DNA of 64,000 nt, from assembly GCF_964204645.1 (NCBI RefSeq), contig NW_027437434.1, forward strand, positions 117,001 to 181,000. Direction: 5' to 3'. The translations under genes were made by a program, and so were the position numbers. Positions within the stretch are counted from its first letter, which is position 1. The number at the start of each line of letters is the position of its first letter. Below are positions 38,749 to 51,053 of the stretch, one piece after another. The stretch is from Tubulanus polymorphus (Eukaryota; Animalia; Nemertea). A model generated the notes under the pieces. The model ran no database searches, was not told where the DNA came from, and worked only from the letters and a program-made list of their open reading frames with translations.

Positions 38749-40560
38749 TTATTCTGAAAGCTGGGATCTGGAAGCCAGACTATTAGTTTTCTCTGAGTTC
38801 ACAGTGAGACCATTAGCGGCACAATATTCAAATAAGGTATATAAGTGTAGCTGAAGAGATTTCTCAGCAAGAATAACATCATCTGCGTATAGTATTATGA
38901 ATAAATTCAGTAAAGTATCAATATCCTGGTCACGATTCAAATTTAGTTTTTCAATAAATAACAAAGTCGGTTTTCCACGATCAATGAAAAATTCATCGAT
39001 GTCGTTTAAGAATAACGAAAAGAGGATAGGCGAGAGATTTTCGCCTTGTCTTAAGCCTCTATCAGCTGCAAAGTATTATGACGTGCAACCATTAAATTTA
39101 ACACATGATTTTATGGAATTATACATATTTTTGACCACAGTGAAAAAGTTGTTAGCAACTAATTTTCGCCATAACGTTACCCTACAAATCGAGTCGAAAG
39201 CTTTCTTAAAATCAACAAAGGCGCAAAAAATTCTTCTTCCCTGACAAAGATACAGCTCTACGATTGTTTTAAGCGTGTTAATATGATCAATGGTGGAATA
39301 TTTCGATCTAAAGCCAGCCTGGGCTTCACTTATAATGTCATTCGTATCTAGGAATGTTGACAGTCTTTGGTTTAGGATACTTGTAAATAACTTACCAAGA
39401 TAGCTAGCTAAGGTAATGCCTCTATAATTATCGGGATTAGAGGGATCACCATTCTTAAAATGGGTTTGATGACGCCTATAGACCACATCTCTGGAACATA
39501 TCCTGTTTTGAGAACTAAATTGAATAATTTTTGTAATATATAAATTAAAAACGGATACTGACTCACTCCCAACAGCTCATTCGTGATTCCATAAATGTCT
39601 TGGGCCTTATTGTTTTTTTGTTTTTTAGTATAGAGATAGCCTTAATTACTTCATCACTGGTTATATCACTGTTCAAAATATAATTGTCATAGACAGGAAG
39701 GGGGATACGCCCATAATACCTCCGCCAAAAAATACCTCCGTGCAAAATCCCTCACCCAGAATCCCTCCACCCAGAATACCTTCATATGTATCCAAATACC
39801 CCCACTCAGAATTTAAAAAAATACTATAATTCTATTATTTAGATGTATAAAGTACCACCAATATTGACTATTATACATGTATAGGATCATATATAATGTA
39901 TTACGGTACATATAAACCTATACTGAATAATAATTGAATAACAATTAATGACAATTTTCACTTGCAATTAGTAATGGCTGGGAATTCGACCCAATTTGAA
40001 CAAACAACGAGATAGGGATTGTAGAATATTAATTAGTTTATCTCATGACTTTAATCTAATACTAGATATCTCTGGAAACCATTCAATATTTAGATTATAG
40101 AATATTAATTAGTCCCATAATCTAAGAAAACAATGTACTACATTTCGGTACACACTGAATTCAGTTCATTTCCATTTAATAACTACTTTTAAACTATAGA
40201 ACTTTAGATCTAGGGCCTGGAGGTATTTTGGAAACATATGAGGGTATTCTGGGTGGAGGGGTCTGGGATATTTGGGTGGAGGTATTTTGGGCGGAGGTAT
40301 TATGACCCGGATTCACAGGAGGGTCACCCTCGTCTGGGGGCTCATCACCGGCATCGGTTTCATTGTTAACATGATTCAAATCATTTAATCTCATAAAATG
40401 TTCAAGAAAAATATCATTATCTATATTAGCCTCATTATTTTTTGTTACGCTCGCAGAGTTTAGCATCGACCAATACTTTTTTGGGTTATTTATTTCGCAT
40501 TCTCTCAATTCCTTAATAAATTCATCTTTTTGTTTTTTTCTTATTTCCTCGGACTACCTA
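38749..40560 (-). pseudogene. Non-LTR retrotransposon (LINE) ORF2 reverse transcriptase fragment
   Basis: NYRGITL, EAQAGFR, AFVDFKKAFDSI, GLRQGENLSPILF, LYADD; PKKYW and ITSDEVIKAI pre-RT motifs. Confidence 0.92.
39703..40314. mobile_element. MULE-type MITE inserted in the LINE
   Basis: TIRs GGATACGCCCATAATACCTCCGCC / GGCGGAGGTATTATGACCCGGATTC; ~9-bp TSD ACAGGA(A)GGG; removing it restores DEGDPP|VYDNYIL. Confidence 0.8.
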
Positions 40561-41610
40561 TTTATAGTTTTTAGAAGAGTTCTTAAGGGATTCAAAATTG
40601 GAAGGGGTAGGGCAACCCCTATATCTTTTTTCACATAATTATATTTCTTCTGTGCATCTCTACAGTCCCTGCCAAACCATCTGTTGCGAACCGGTTTTTT
40701 GCAGTTATTACCACAGGGGTTTGACGATGGGCTTGGATTTTATTTCCGGGTTGTTGATAATCTCGCGAGAATGGCGCTAAATATGAACTGCGAATAAATT
40801 CAAAATATCATCGAAATACCTTGTGTTTATATTGTTTATTTATCCGCTATAAAAATTCGATAAACAATTGGTCGTTAAGAATCATTATCAGACTATATCA
40901 GATTATATTTTTTTTTACGCTCGCAGAGTTTAGCATCGACCAATACTTTTTTGGGGTTATTAATTTCGCATTCTCTCAATTCCTATTCCTTAATAAATTC
41001 ATCTTTTTGTTTTTTCTTATTTCCTCGGATGACCTATTTTTAGTTTTATTTCTTCTGTGCATCTCTACAGTCCCTGCCAAACCATCTGTTGCGAACCGTT
41101 TTTTTGCAGTTATTACCACAGGGGTTTGACGATGGGCTTGGATTTTATTTCCGGGTCGTTGATAATCTCGCGAGAATGGCGCTAAATATGAACTGAGAAT
41201 AAATTCAAAATATCATGGAAATACCTTGTGTTTATATTGTTTATTTATCCGCTATAAAGTTTCGATAAACAATTGGTCGTTAAGAATCATCATCAGACTA
41301 TATCAGATTATATTTTTGTTATGCTCGCAGAGTTTAGCATCGACCAATACTTTTTTGGGTTATTAATTTCGCATTCTCTCACTCCTTAATAAATTCATCT
41401 TTTTGTTTTTTCTTATTTCCTCGGATGACCTATTTATAGTTTTTAGAAGAGTTCTTAAGGGATTCAAAATTGGAAGGGGTAGGGCAACCCCTATATCTTT
41501 TTTCATATAATTATATTTCTTCTGTGCATCTCTACAGTCCCTGCCAAACCATCTGTTGCGAACCGTTTTTTTGCAGTTATTACCACAGGGGTTTGACGAT
41601 GGGCTTGGAT
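40435..41610. repeat. Tandem triplication (~400-470-bp units) that includes a LINE fragment
   Basis: GCTCGCAGAGTTTAGCATCGACCAATAC recurs at about 40449, 40919 and 41323. Confidence 0.9.
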
Positions 41611-41721
41611 TACCCTAGATGTGCATCGGATGTATAAGACCCTAGATGTGCATCGGATGTATACATTACCCTAGATGTGCATCGGATGTATAAGACCCTA
41701 GATGTGCATCGGATGTATAAG
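41611..41721. repeat. 27-29-bp minisatellite x4 (ACCCTAGATGTGCATCGGATGTATAAG)
   Basis: Direct observation. Confidence 0.95.
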
Positions 41722-41933
41722 TTGTTTCATCCCCAGTTGTGAATCATATATGGTATACATACAATATATGTCACTGACGACAATATGATACTTAAGAAAC
41801 GGTAGCTGTTACTCGTTGCGCATGCGCATTGGCTGTATGGACCGTATGGAAAACTCTAGAAAAATACATGTACCTACAATTATTTGGGTTCGAACAAACG
41901 CTAACAGCGGAGCGTAAGTGTAGCGTTTACCAC

Positions 41934-43341
41934 AGCCCTAGGGCTCTGAAACTTCTCGGGGATTTAGAAGGGGTCCTGGAGTCTATATAAGATGCTCATT
42001 TTAACGGTCTGGGCCAACAGACCCCCGCGCCCAGCGTTTTAATGGTTCTATACCATCTACAGGGCCCCTTCTAAATACTCGACAAGTTGCAGAGCCCTTC
42101 GGCTACGATTAGGGAATGAGCAGGTCCCCAGAATGTGGTTACGCGCCGTCTCAGACCCATGGTATGGCCCTAGCGACAAAGATTCTAGCGCAGTAGCCCA
42201 TAGGTTATAATTTTAAAGTTTCGCATACTTGGATTAGACACTCCCCTAGGTCGCTGAGAAGTTTCAGAGCCCTAGGGCCACTATTAAGGTCGCGCGAGAT
42301 GTTAGAAATGGGTCGGTTTTCGGGTCTAAACTTAGTTTATTTTCGCGTATTTAGACGCTCATTTTCAACGGTCTGGGCAGGGTCCGCCCAGACCCAACAG
42401 ACCCCTGCGCCAAGGGTCTTAATGATTCTGTATCATCTACAGGGCCCCTTCGAAATACCCGACAAGCTTCAGAGCCCTAGGGCCATTATAAGGGGTCGAG
42501 CAGGTCCCCAGAAAGTGGTCGCGCGGCCGTCTCAGACCCATGGTATGGCCCTAACGACAAAAATTCTAGCGCCGCACCCAAGGGCCTAGAACCTATTTCC
42601 AAGGTATGCACACTTGGATTAGACCCTCCCCTAGGTCCCTGAGTAGGCTCAGATCCCTAGGGCCACTAGTAAGGTCACAGGAGATGTTAGAAGTGGATCG
42701 GTTTTCAGGTCATAACTAAAAGTGTATTTTCGCGTATATTAGATGCCCATTTTAACGGTCTGGGCAGGGTCCGCCCACCCAACGGACCCCTTGCCCAGCG
42801 TTTTAATGGTTCTCCATCATCTATCGGGCCCCTTCTAAATACTCGACAAGTTTCAGAGCCCAAGGGCCACTATTAGGGGTCGAGCAGGTCCCCAGAAAGT
42901 GTTCGCGCGGCCGTTTTAGACCCCTGGTATGGCCCTAGCGACAAAAGTTTTAGTGCCGCAACCAAGGGCCTATAACCTATTTTCAAGGTTTGCAGACTTG
43001 AATAGACCCTCTTTTAGGGCCCTGAGAAGTTTCAGAGCCCTAGAGCCACTATTAAGGTCGCGCGAGATGCTAGAAGTAGGTCGGTTTTCAGGTCTCAACT
43101 TATAGTTTATTTTCGCGTTTATTAGACGCTCATTTCAACGGTCTGGGCAGGGTCCGCCTAGACCCAACAGACCCCCGCGCCAAGGGTTTTAATGATTCTG
43201 TATCATCTACAGGACCCCTTCTAAATACCCGACAAGTTTCAGAGCCCTAGAGCCATTATAAGGGGTCGAGCAGGTCCCGAGAAAGTGGTCGCGCGGCCGT
43301 CTCGGACCCATGGTATGGCTCTAGCGACAAAAATTCTAGCG
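41934..43341. repeat. ~380-bp GC-rich satellite, about 3.7 copies
   Basis: AACGGTCTGGGC recurs at about 42003, 42367, 42754 and 43137; internal AGAGCCCTAGGGCC subrepeats. Confidence 0.88.
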
Positions 43342-44407
43342 CCTATTGCATAATATTGCATCGTCCTTTCCGCCTGACCTCCGCGCATCAATTCTACTTG
43401 CTCCACGATATAAGACAACCCCGTAAGTATTACCCCTATATTTTGTGCCGCGATTTAACATACTCTTGGCAGACTGCCAACCAACAGCCATGACATAGGT
43501 AAACCAAAAAGTAACACTTCAAAAATATACTTTCTATTCACTTCAGTCCACAATTAATGGCTTCAATCACAAACTAACACAGGAACCTTCTGAAATAATC
43601 CAATTTTATGTATGTTTCGAGCAATTAATCAACATTATTTTGAGAAATTAATTAATTTCTCCACAAATTTCGCCATTGACTACCATTTCTCTGTATTGCA
43701 TACATCATGTGGCATGATAGACTCGTTGACCTTCAAGTATTTATATAAATCTTTCAAAACGAAACGACAATTTTTATTTTTCATAGTTTGCCAACTTATA
43801 TTTCAAATCTTCGTGTTTTCCACAATAAATGATGAAAAAATAAATTCTGGTTGAAGAAAATGTGAATAAGTGTTGATTTCTTAATTTTTTCAATTTTGTC
43901 GTTTCGTTTTGATAGTGTGTGTTGTGGTCCTGGCCTCAGTCCACAGGCGCCAGCACCCTCCACACGTTTTAAAAATGGCCGCCGTCGAATCGACGGAAAT
44001 TTACTCTCACTTTACGGCCGATTTGCACATGAATTAAGATCGTCAGGTGAGGTTTTATGGGGATCAAACAAACTACGAATCTGTTGTGCGTTGATTACAA
44101 CAAAAATTAGACGGATATCTTAAGAGACAATGAAATGACAGGCAAATTACCCGTGAGTCAAATTGACTCACGAAAATTTCATAGAAAAATGACCTTCCCA
44201 TCCCTGACTGGTTTGTGAAAATATCCGATCGTGAAACTAAACCACAGTCAGGTTACTGACTAAGGGACACCATGCCCATTTTGGAAGAGGTTTGAAATGC
44301 TCAACAATCTGACAATCTACATAAATAATATAGTTTATATGGATAGGACAGTTTGATTCAGGAGGGTGGGTCCAAAGAACAGATTGACAAAACAACATTA
44401 ACATTAC

Positions 44408-45048
44408 CTTTCTGGCATTGATCTTTCACTAACAGATAATGACTGAAGCATTTCATGATCTTCGTTCTGATCACTAGGGTGATTGAAGTCATAGACATTT
44501 CTTGAACTTCCATCGGTCGGCGTCTGTTAAACGTAATTATTCTGGCCATTACAAGTTTTGCAATCACCTTCCATCTCATTAAATCAATCGGTTCCGGTTC
44601 CCGGAGAGCTTGCTCTATTTCACTAATCAACCAGTTCTTAAGTTTTACAATATCTAAAGCTATCGGATGCAATGTTGGTTTATTGATTTTAAGTATGTGC
44701 TGACGTTTGCGGGCAACACTTGATACCCTATTGGTCCAGTGTGCATTGAACAGATGCTGAAAATCCCAGCCTTCATTTCTCATTTCCGTACTCTTGATGA
44801 CACCTTCGCTTATTTTCAACAATGTACATTGTTTGATGTAGTGTCCCAAAGACAACGCGTTTTGTGGAGAATCCGAATCTGTTGCGACCTGTTTAACTGC
44901 AAAAAAAACTTCATCGAAAAATGGTGGTGCTATAAAATCTGTTAATTGTTGGTCAGGGTATCGAATTCGCAACTGCTTTAACAGACGAGCAAGCAAACGA
45001 ACTTTCGTTCTGTTGTTATCAACTTCTTTCATACGGTGCAGTTCCTTC
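44408..45048 (-). pseudogene. Exon of a tyrosine-recombinase-like protein of the family common in large invertebrate mobile elements
   Basis: FFDEVFFAVKQVA..LSLGHYIKQC..HWTNRVSSVA..IITFNRRRPMEV; FNRRRxxE resembles the catalytic Arg box of YR-fold proteins; donor AAAG|GTAAT at 44407; the ORF's N-terminus is MITE sequence. Confidence 0.55.
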
Positions 45049-45455
45049 GAGTAATAGGGATAATAGGCTTTCAAGCCAAAGGTCGAACGGTCGAGCTCAT
45101 TAAAAAACAAAACATTAAAAGTAATTTAAAACTATAATATATTTTCATAACCGTGTGTATTTTAGATTATAACTAAATATTTATTCTAAGATATCAATAA
45201 TTTAAAAAGCATATTGTATTAAATCAATTGGTCGCTCCACTTCGCTACCGCTCCGCTCCGCGACCAATTGATTTATTTACAATACACAAATTCATATAAT
45301 CAAATATATTTTAATAATAATTATTATTCTATTATTCAACTGAAATACACACGGTTATGAAAATATATTATAGTTTTAAATTACTTTTAATGTTTTGTTT
45401 TTAATGAACTCGACCATTCAACCTTTAACCTGAAAGCCTATTATCCCTATTACTC
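45049..45455. mobile_element. ~407-bp foldback (MITE-like) with ~112-bp TIRs and a central hairpin
   Basis: GAGTAATAGGGATAATAGGC...CACACGG arms at 45049-45161 and 45343-45455; inner stem TAAATCAATTGGTCGC/GCGACCAATTGATTTA; TTAA on the right flank. Confidence 0.8.
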
Positions 45456-45544
45456 TTAAAATAATCATGTATATGAATAACATTTAAATTGACAGATTAT
45501 TCAATATAAAAGTGTAAGCTCTTATAGAATAGATGTATAAATAG

Positions 45545-46135
45545 TTATTTTATAAACTTATATTCATAGGGAAATTGTAGTCTCAGTAATAATTTTGAAC
45601 CTTTATTATTCTTTAATTTATTCATATATTCATCATGTAATTCAGTAGGTATAATTTGATTTTCTTCCAATGATTGTTGCATAGATTTTCTATCTTTGTT
45701 ATAAAATAAAACTAGAAATCTTATATTCTCCCTAAAGTCTTTAACAATTGAATTATATTTTTGATTTAAAACCCATGTTGTTATCCCAAGATGTCTTCCA
45801 GAGAAAGCTAGATAACATAACTCACTTTCTCTCACTTTTGAATCATGTAAATTAGCGCAATCATCTATAATGAATAATGTATTTGATCCTTTATAAGTAT
45901 CAATTGCTATTTTTATACAATTATCTAAATTTTCTTTTACTGTTTTAGGATTTAATATAATAAACTTTTTTATCTTAACTATATCTCTATTATATGTTTT
46001 ATTCATTTCATAAGTAGGACAGAATAATATTATATTATCAAAATGATTCTTATAAATAGTTTCTAACAAATCTAATATGAAATGTGTTTTACCACAATTG
46101 GTTACACCAGTAACTAACATATTATGCGGTTCAAA
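45545..46135 (-). CDS. A32/FtsK-like DNA packaging ATPase of a Polinton-like virus
   Basis: Walker A GVTNCGKT; Walker B LFIIDD; GRH arginine finger; LNQKY..IVKDFREN. Confidence 0.9.
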   Translation of the reverse strand, partial: FEPHNMLVTGVTNCGKTHFILDLLETIYKNHFDNIILFCPTYEMNKTYNRDIVKIKKFIILNPKTVKENLDNCIKIAIDTYKGSNTLFIIDDCANLHDSKVRESELCYLAFSGRHLGITTWVLNQKYNSIVKDFRENIRFLVLFYNKDRKSMQQSLEENQIIPTELHDEYMNKLKNNKGSKLLLRLQFPYEYKFIK

Positions 46136-46149
46136 TATAAATAAATCTT

Positions 46150-47163
46150 TATTCCTTTAAGAGTTTTTGTTTTCAATACTTTTTCTATTTTGTATTCTAT
46201 TTCATCTGGATTTGGTACAAGTGATAATTCTTGTTCATAGAAATAACCTAATATTTCTTCATCTTTTAGATCTTCTAGTTTATAAACAAATGGTTTAGTT
46301 AATATTATCTTTTTAATCTTGAATACTTCTTCTGTAAAATTAGGGGTATAACCTTAATAAAATGTTTTTCTATATTTAGATATTCTAACGTGTTGTCCAA
46401 TTTTAAATTTAGGTTCCCCGAAATCATGTGTAACAAACGCTCCATATAAATTATTCCAAACTATTTCTGAATTATCTCCTTTTCTTACTTTGTATAGGTT
46501 TCATGTTTATAGAACTATGTTTAGAATTATTATAACCTTTCACTAAATCATCTAACACATCGATATATTTATATGTTTCATTAGCAGTAAAATATTTCCA
46601 CATTCTAGTTTTCAATGTTTTATTAAATCTTTCTATAATAGATGCTTTTTTATAAAAATAATCTACATCGTTATCAGATAATAGTTTTTTGAAATGTTTG
46701 TTATAAAATTCCTTACCTTCATCAAATTGTATCTTATCTGGAATTGCTTCTTTAAATATAGATTTAAAAGCATTTGTTACTTCTATACCAGTTTTATTTT
46801 TGATTGGAATTGACCATGTGTATCGACTGAATATGTCTATAACATATAATATCCAGAAATATCCTTTGTTGTATTCTTCTAAGTTCTTCATGTCAATTAA
46901 ATCTGCTTGCCATTGTTGATCGATATATGAAACCATAACTTTTCTTGTTAAATAAGTTTCATCCATTTTCTTGTGGATTTGATATGTTGGTTGATTTTGT
47001 AACCATGATTTTAACTCACTATATTTTATATCACCGTGTGGGTGCCGTATGGCACCATTTTCGTTATCAGATTTAATTTTATCCCATAATTCTGAAACGC
47101 TAGAATATGATACTTCACTTTCTGGGTTATAATATAAATATCTAAAATATTGTTCTTTTTCAT
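46150..47163 (-). pseudogene. Polinton/Maverick-type retroviral-like integrase
   Basis: YYNP N-terminus; QWQADLIDM; IDIFSRY; FDEGKEF; IIERFNKTLK; YNNSKHSSI; KFKIGQHVRIS..GYTPNFTEEVF..GYFYEQEL; frameshifts present. Confidence 0.93.
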
Positions 47164-47169
47164 CTTATT

Positions 47170-47538
47170 TTAATCCATTAATAATAATCTTGGTTTATTT
47201 TCAATGACTTTATCATTTGACTTATTTTCTGGTATGATAGGTTTATTATCATTGGAATCATCTTTATCATCAGATTTGAATTTTGATTTATATATTACAC
47301 CGGATAATATAATAACTGTTACTAATCCAATTGTAATATATAATTTATAATTACTTCCAGCATTAGAAGAATCAGATGGATTATTATTTGAATCAATATC
47401 AGATAATTTCTGTGATTCATTTATAACAGTTAATTTCTTTTTCTTAGCTTTTTTTAATTCTGAAGATCTTTTACCTAATTCTCTTGTCCATTTAATTTGT
47501 TTCTCGGATCTAGGCTTCTTCTTAACGCTATCACTCAT
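47170..47538 (-). CDS. Small viral protein with a basic N-terminus and one predicted TM helix
   Basis: KKKPRSEKQIKWTRELG; hydrophobic LYITIGLVTVIILSGVIY; homologue at ~57620-57963. Confidence 0.6.
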   Translation of the reverse strand: MSDSVKKKPRSEKQIKWTRELGKRSSELKKAKKKKLTVINESQKLSDIDSNNNPSDSSNAGSNYKLYITIGLVTVIILSGVIYKSKFKSDDKDDSNDNKPIIPENKSNDKVIENKPRLLLMD

Positions 47539-48134
47539 TTATTTTAGTTAATTTTTGTCCTGATTCATTTTCTGTTTCGACGTTTGGTTGTAGTACATCT
47601 GTTTCGTTCTTACCTGATTTATATTCCATAGGCTTGATGTTCGAAAATGTTATGACACCAGTAGAAATTAATGTCATAACCGATCCTAATTGAAATGAAG
47701 CATATCCAACCCATTTTTGTAATTCAGTCATAACTAAGTAGTCATTTTTCAAATCACTATATAATTTATTTTCATCATTAATTGGTATTAACTGGTGACA
47801 TAACTTAGAATAACATTTGACAATACCATCTGAAATAGAATCATTTATTCTAGCTAATCTTGACTCTTCATAAAATCTTAAAATGTTTTATTACTTTATC
47901 GGGTTTCATAGCATCTAGTTCTTGATAAGTTAAAATTTTTCCCAAGAAATCCTTAGATTTCCCGCCAGCAATTAATAATTGAAGATGATGCTTACAATAT
48001 AAATAGTATTCATAATCAATATTACAATTTACTTGAGCACAATTAGTTACAACTGTATCTTTATTATCACTTATACCCAAATCATCTAATGTCTTTTCAA
48101 TATCAATACTATTCTTACTCGATTTCTTTGACAT
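47531..48134 (-). pseudogene. Conserved hypothetical viral protein, frameshifted
   Basis: YEYYLYCKHHLQLLIAGGK.. and NDYLVMTELQKWVGY.. match 57960-58498. Confidence 0.7.
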
Positions 48135-48446
48135 TTATATATGAGAAAAAAGCGAAAAAAATATTATAAGTATTCTTCAAATGATACCAGTATCTCTTTA
48201 GATTAATACTAGCTTAGTTAAAGGTAAAGAATTTTAGTATTAGTTATTGTATTTTTAGTATTTTTTATTTGTGATATAAAGTATTCTCTTTTGAAAAGAA
48301 TTGTAAAAGAAAATATCAAAAATTAAAATAGAAATAATGGCTAGTTGAAGTTATTGTTTTTTTAATATATTTTATTTGAATTCTATTTGATATCTCACTA
48401 CTTTTGTCTATCTATTAGGAGCAGTAATTATAACTGTCCAGATAAG

Positions 48447-48684
48447 TCATTTCGGATCCTTGATATCAAATTCCTCAACGTATTTTTCATTATGTGTTGA
48501 GTTCCATAATTCAACAAATGTCTTTGCTTTATCCAGTTGATCTAAATATAACTGTATATCTAGTTTATTAGATTTAATTATGTTTTCCTTCTTTTCTAAA
48601 GGTCTTAAATTTTTCCAGCTCCATATTAGCTTCTTATTGTATTCATCATTCATGTCAAATTTAGAAATCGGCAACACATGATCG
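48447..48684 (-). pseudogene. C-terminal half of an HNH-type endonuclease of the large-DNA-virus/phage type
   Basis: DHVLPISKFD....WKNLRPL..EN..KSNK resembles DHIIP..FDL....NLQPL..EN..K..K; truncated by the insertion at 48683. Confidence 0.65.
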
Positions 48685-51053
48685 GTTCCTGAACTTCGCT
48701 GAAAAAGCTGAAACACTGAAAAGCTGAAACGCTGAAATAAAAACGCTGAAATTTCAGGGAATTTCCGAAAAACGCCGAAATTTCAGGGAATTCCCGAAAA
48801 ACGCTGAAATCGTGCTAGGTACCGACAATACACTTTTTGAAATGTTTTCCGGGCCGTCGTCCGCTGACGAGTCCTGAACCGTGTTTTATGCTCTACCTTC
48901 GGTTACAGAGACATGCCTTAAGGTCGTCGTCATATACGACTTGATCGATTGCGGATTGCGTGGATTGTTAGATGTGTTTTTTGCCATAGTTTTATGTGCA
49001 TATACCGGTACGATCTAACAATGAAGTTATCACTTCATTTGAATAAATTCTTAATCACAGTAATATTAATTCACAATATTTTTTCTTATGTTTGGTGATT
49101 TCTTGCAACTTATCATTGCCAAGTCTCATACAAGTAGTAGCTGAATGAAAGTACAGTTAGGCTGAACCTGATAACCCAAATTAAGTGCTAGCATGGAACT
49201 AATGATTATTTTGATTCTATTTTCGGTGTCATTGAAATTCGTTAATAAAGGTTCAACCGTCATAGTATACTGTACTTAGCATTGCTACAATTGGGTGCCA
49301 TATTTCTACAATTTCTACAAGGAGGAAGGAATCTTTAAGTGTCTTTGTTCCCGGGTGGGGTACGGGGTAAAACCTGGTTTACTTTCGACTTGCCGGAGAC
49401 TACTATCTGCAATGTATTGCATGCTTTGATGTGTCTGGCCTATAGGAGTCGACCGATATTTTTTTCCCATACACAGGCATGGCTTTAGTGTAGATGAAGG
49501 CTAGGCACTGCACATTGTGGATTGACTGGAACTCTTAACTCACAAAATTAAACGAGTCAACAAGAAAGATCCAATAATTGGACATTTGTCTAACTATATT
49601 ATTTAACAGCTTGAAATAATACATAACACATTCTGCAAGAGTATACAAAGGAAATCAGTTCTTACATTATATCAGAATCAATAGTTCGCTTAACTCTGGC
49701 TAGAATTCTGGTTCCATTGCTTCATATTCTAATGAAATCCACTAGTATACCTTAGAATATCGCTTAGCTTAAGACTAAAAATTTGGTACCAGGAAACAGG
49801 GAAGAAAAGTGGGTGTACTGTACATCCGCAATTGACTTATTTCTCTCTGGTTGAATCAAGTTATTATTGAAATAGCATTCGAATAGCCATTTTATTTTTA
49901 AAAATTGTGTCGTTCAGCTATCCTGCTGCAAATTTCGCAGTTGAAGTTTACTGGTGCCATCTGATTTCTCAGTATCTCAAAAAATTTGCACATTCTAAGC
50001 CTGAATCTAAAAATAGAAAAAGGTGCATTTTAGTCGGATATAAAAGAATAGTGGCTAATACACCCTGGACTATATAGCCTATGGGGTGGGCCTAGTTTGA
50101 AAGCACTGAGGTCCGAGAGAACAGCACTTAGTAAATAAATACTGAAATTAAACTTACAAAACACCCAGTACTTGAGATGATGTACTTGACAAGAAGTGTC
50201 ACCAGCTAAGCAAATCAACTTTGTCTATGACTCCTCCTTTTATAGATTCAGTAGTAGTCTAAAAATAAGAATGGGTTCATTTTTCTAACAGTTGGTATGT
50301 CATTTCTTCAAAAAAAATAATTATTATCACGCCACAGCAAATAAATTATTCACAGTTGTTGAATGGTTAGCCCGATTTAGATTAATTGGTTGACGCTAAT
50401 CAGTATGACCCATACGTAGGGGCCTACTGCATGCCATTGGCGTCAATCCATTCCATTCCATTCCACAGTGAATTAAAAAGAAATTTAGTTAGATCCCTTT
50501 TGTCCAAAAGCTGCATCATTTATATAACTAGCTGTCAAATTTAATTTACCTCCTTCAGAGAATACCATAGTGACATAGTCCGTCGCCCATCAACGTGTTG
50601 ACAAAAGCAAAGTTGCTCCATGTTTTATACATGAACGTTCAAATAAGATATTTTGCGTCTTGCAGGGAATATTGAGCATAGTGTTTAAGTTGGCTTGCAC
50701 GGTTTGTGTATGGGTTTTCCTCATTATGCTGCCTGTATGCATTAAAAATCCGGATTTCAAGCGAATTAATTTGTCCAACAAGTGGCCCTCTAGAAGTATA
50801 CTCCACACATACTGTCCATGCGTGTCTCTGTAACCGAAGGTAGAGACTAAAACACGGTTCAGGACTCGGCAGCGGACACCGGCCCGGAAAATATTTCAAA
50901 ACGTGTATTGTTGGTACCTAGCACGATTTCAGCGTTTTTCGGGAATTCCCTGAAATTTCGGCGTTTTTCGGAAATTCCCTGAAATTTCAGCGTTTTTATT
51001 TCAGCGTTTCAGCGTTTCAGTGATTCAGCTTTTTCAGCGAAGTTCAGGAACCG
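48683..51053. mobile_element. Non-autonomous DNA transposon with ~230-bp TIRs
   Basis: CGGTTCCTGAACTTCGCTGAAAA.. at 48683-48914, inverted at 50822-51053; GCTGAAA subrepeats; no transposase and no matching TSD. Confidence 0.85.

Noticed and set aside
45054-45068. TAGGGATAATAGG resembling an I-SceI site
   Set aside because: Partial match inside a TIR; coincidental
48410-48449. UGA-C readthrough extension of the HNH ORF as the reason for motif conservation
   Set aside because: The second copy has a 4-nt indel after the UGA and a stop just upstream, so no frame is conserved
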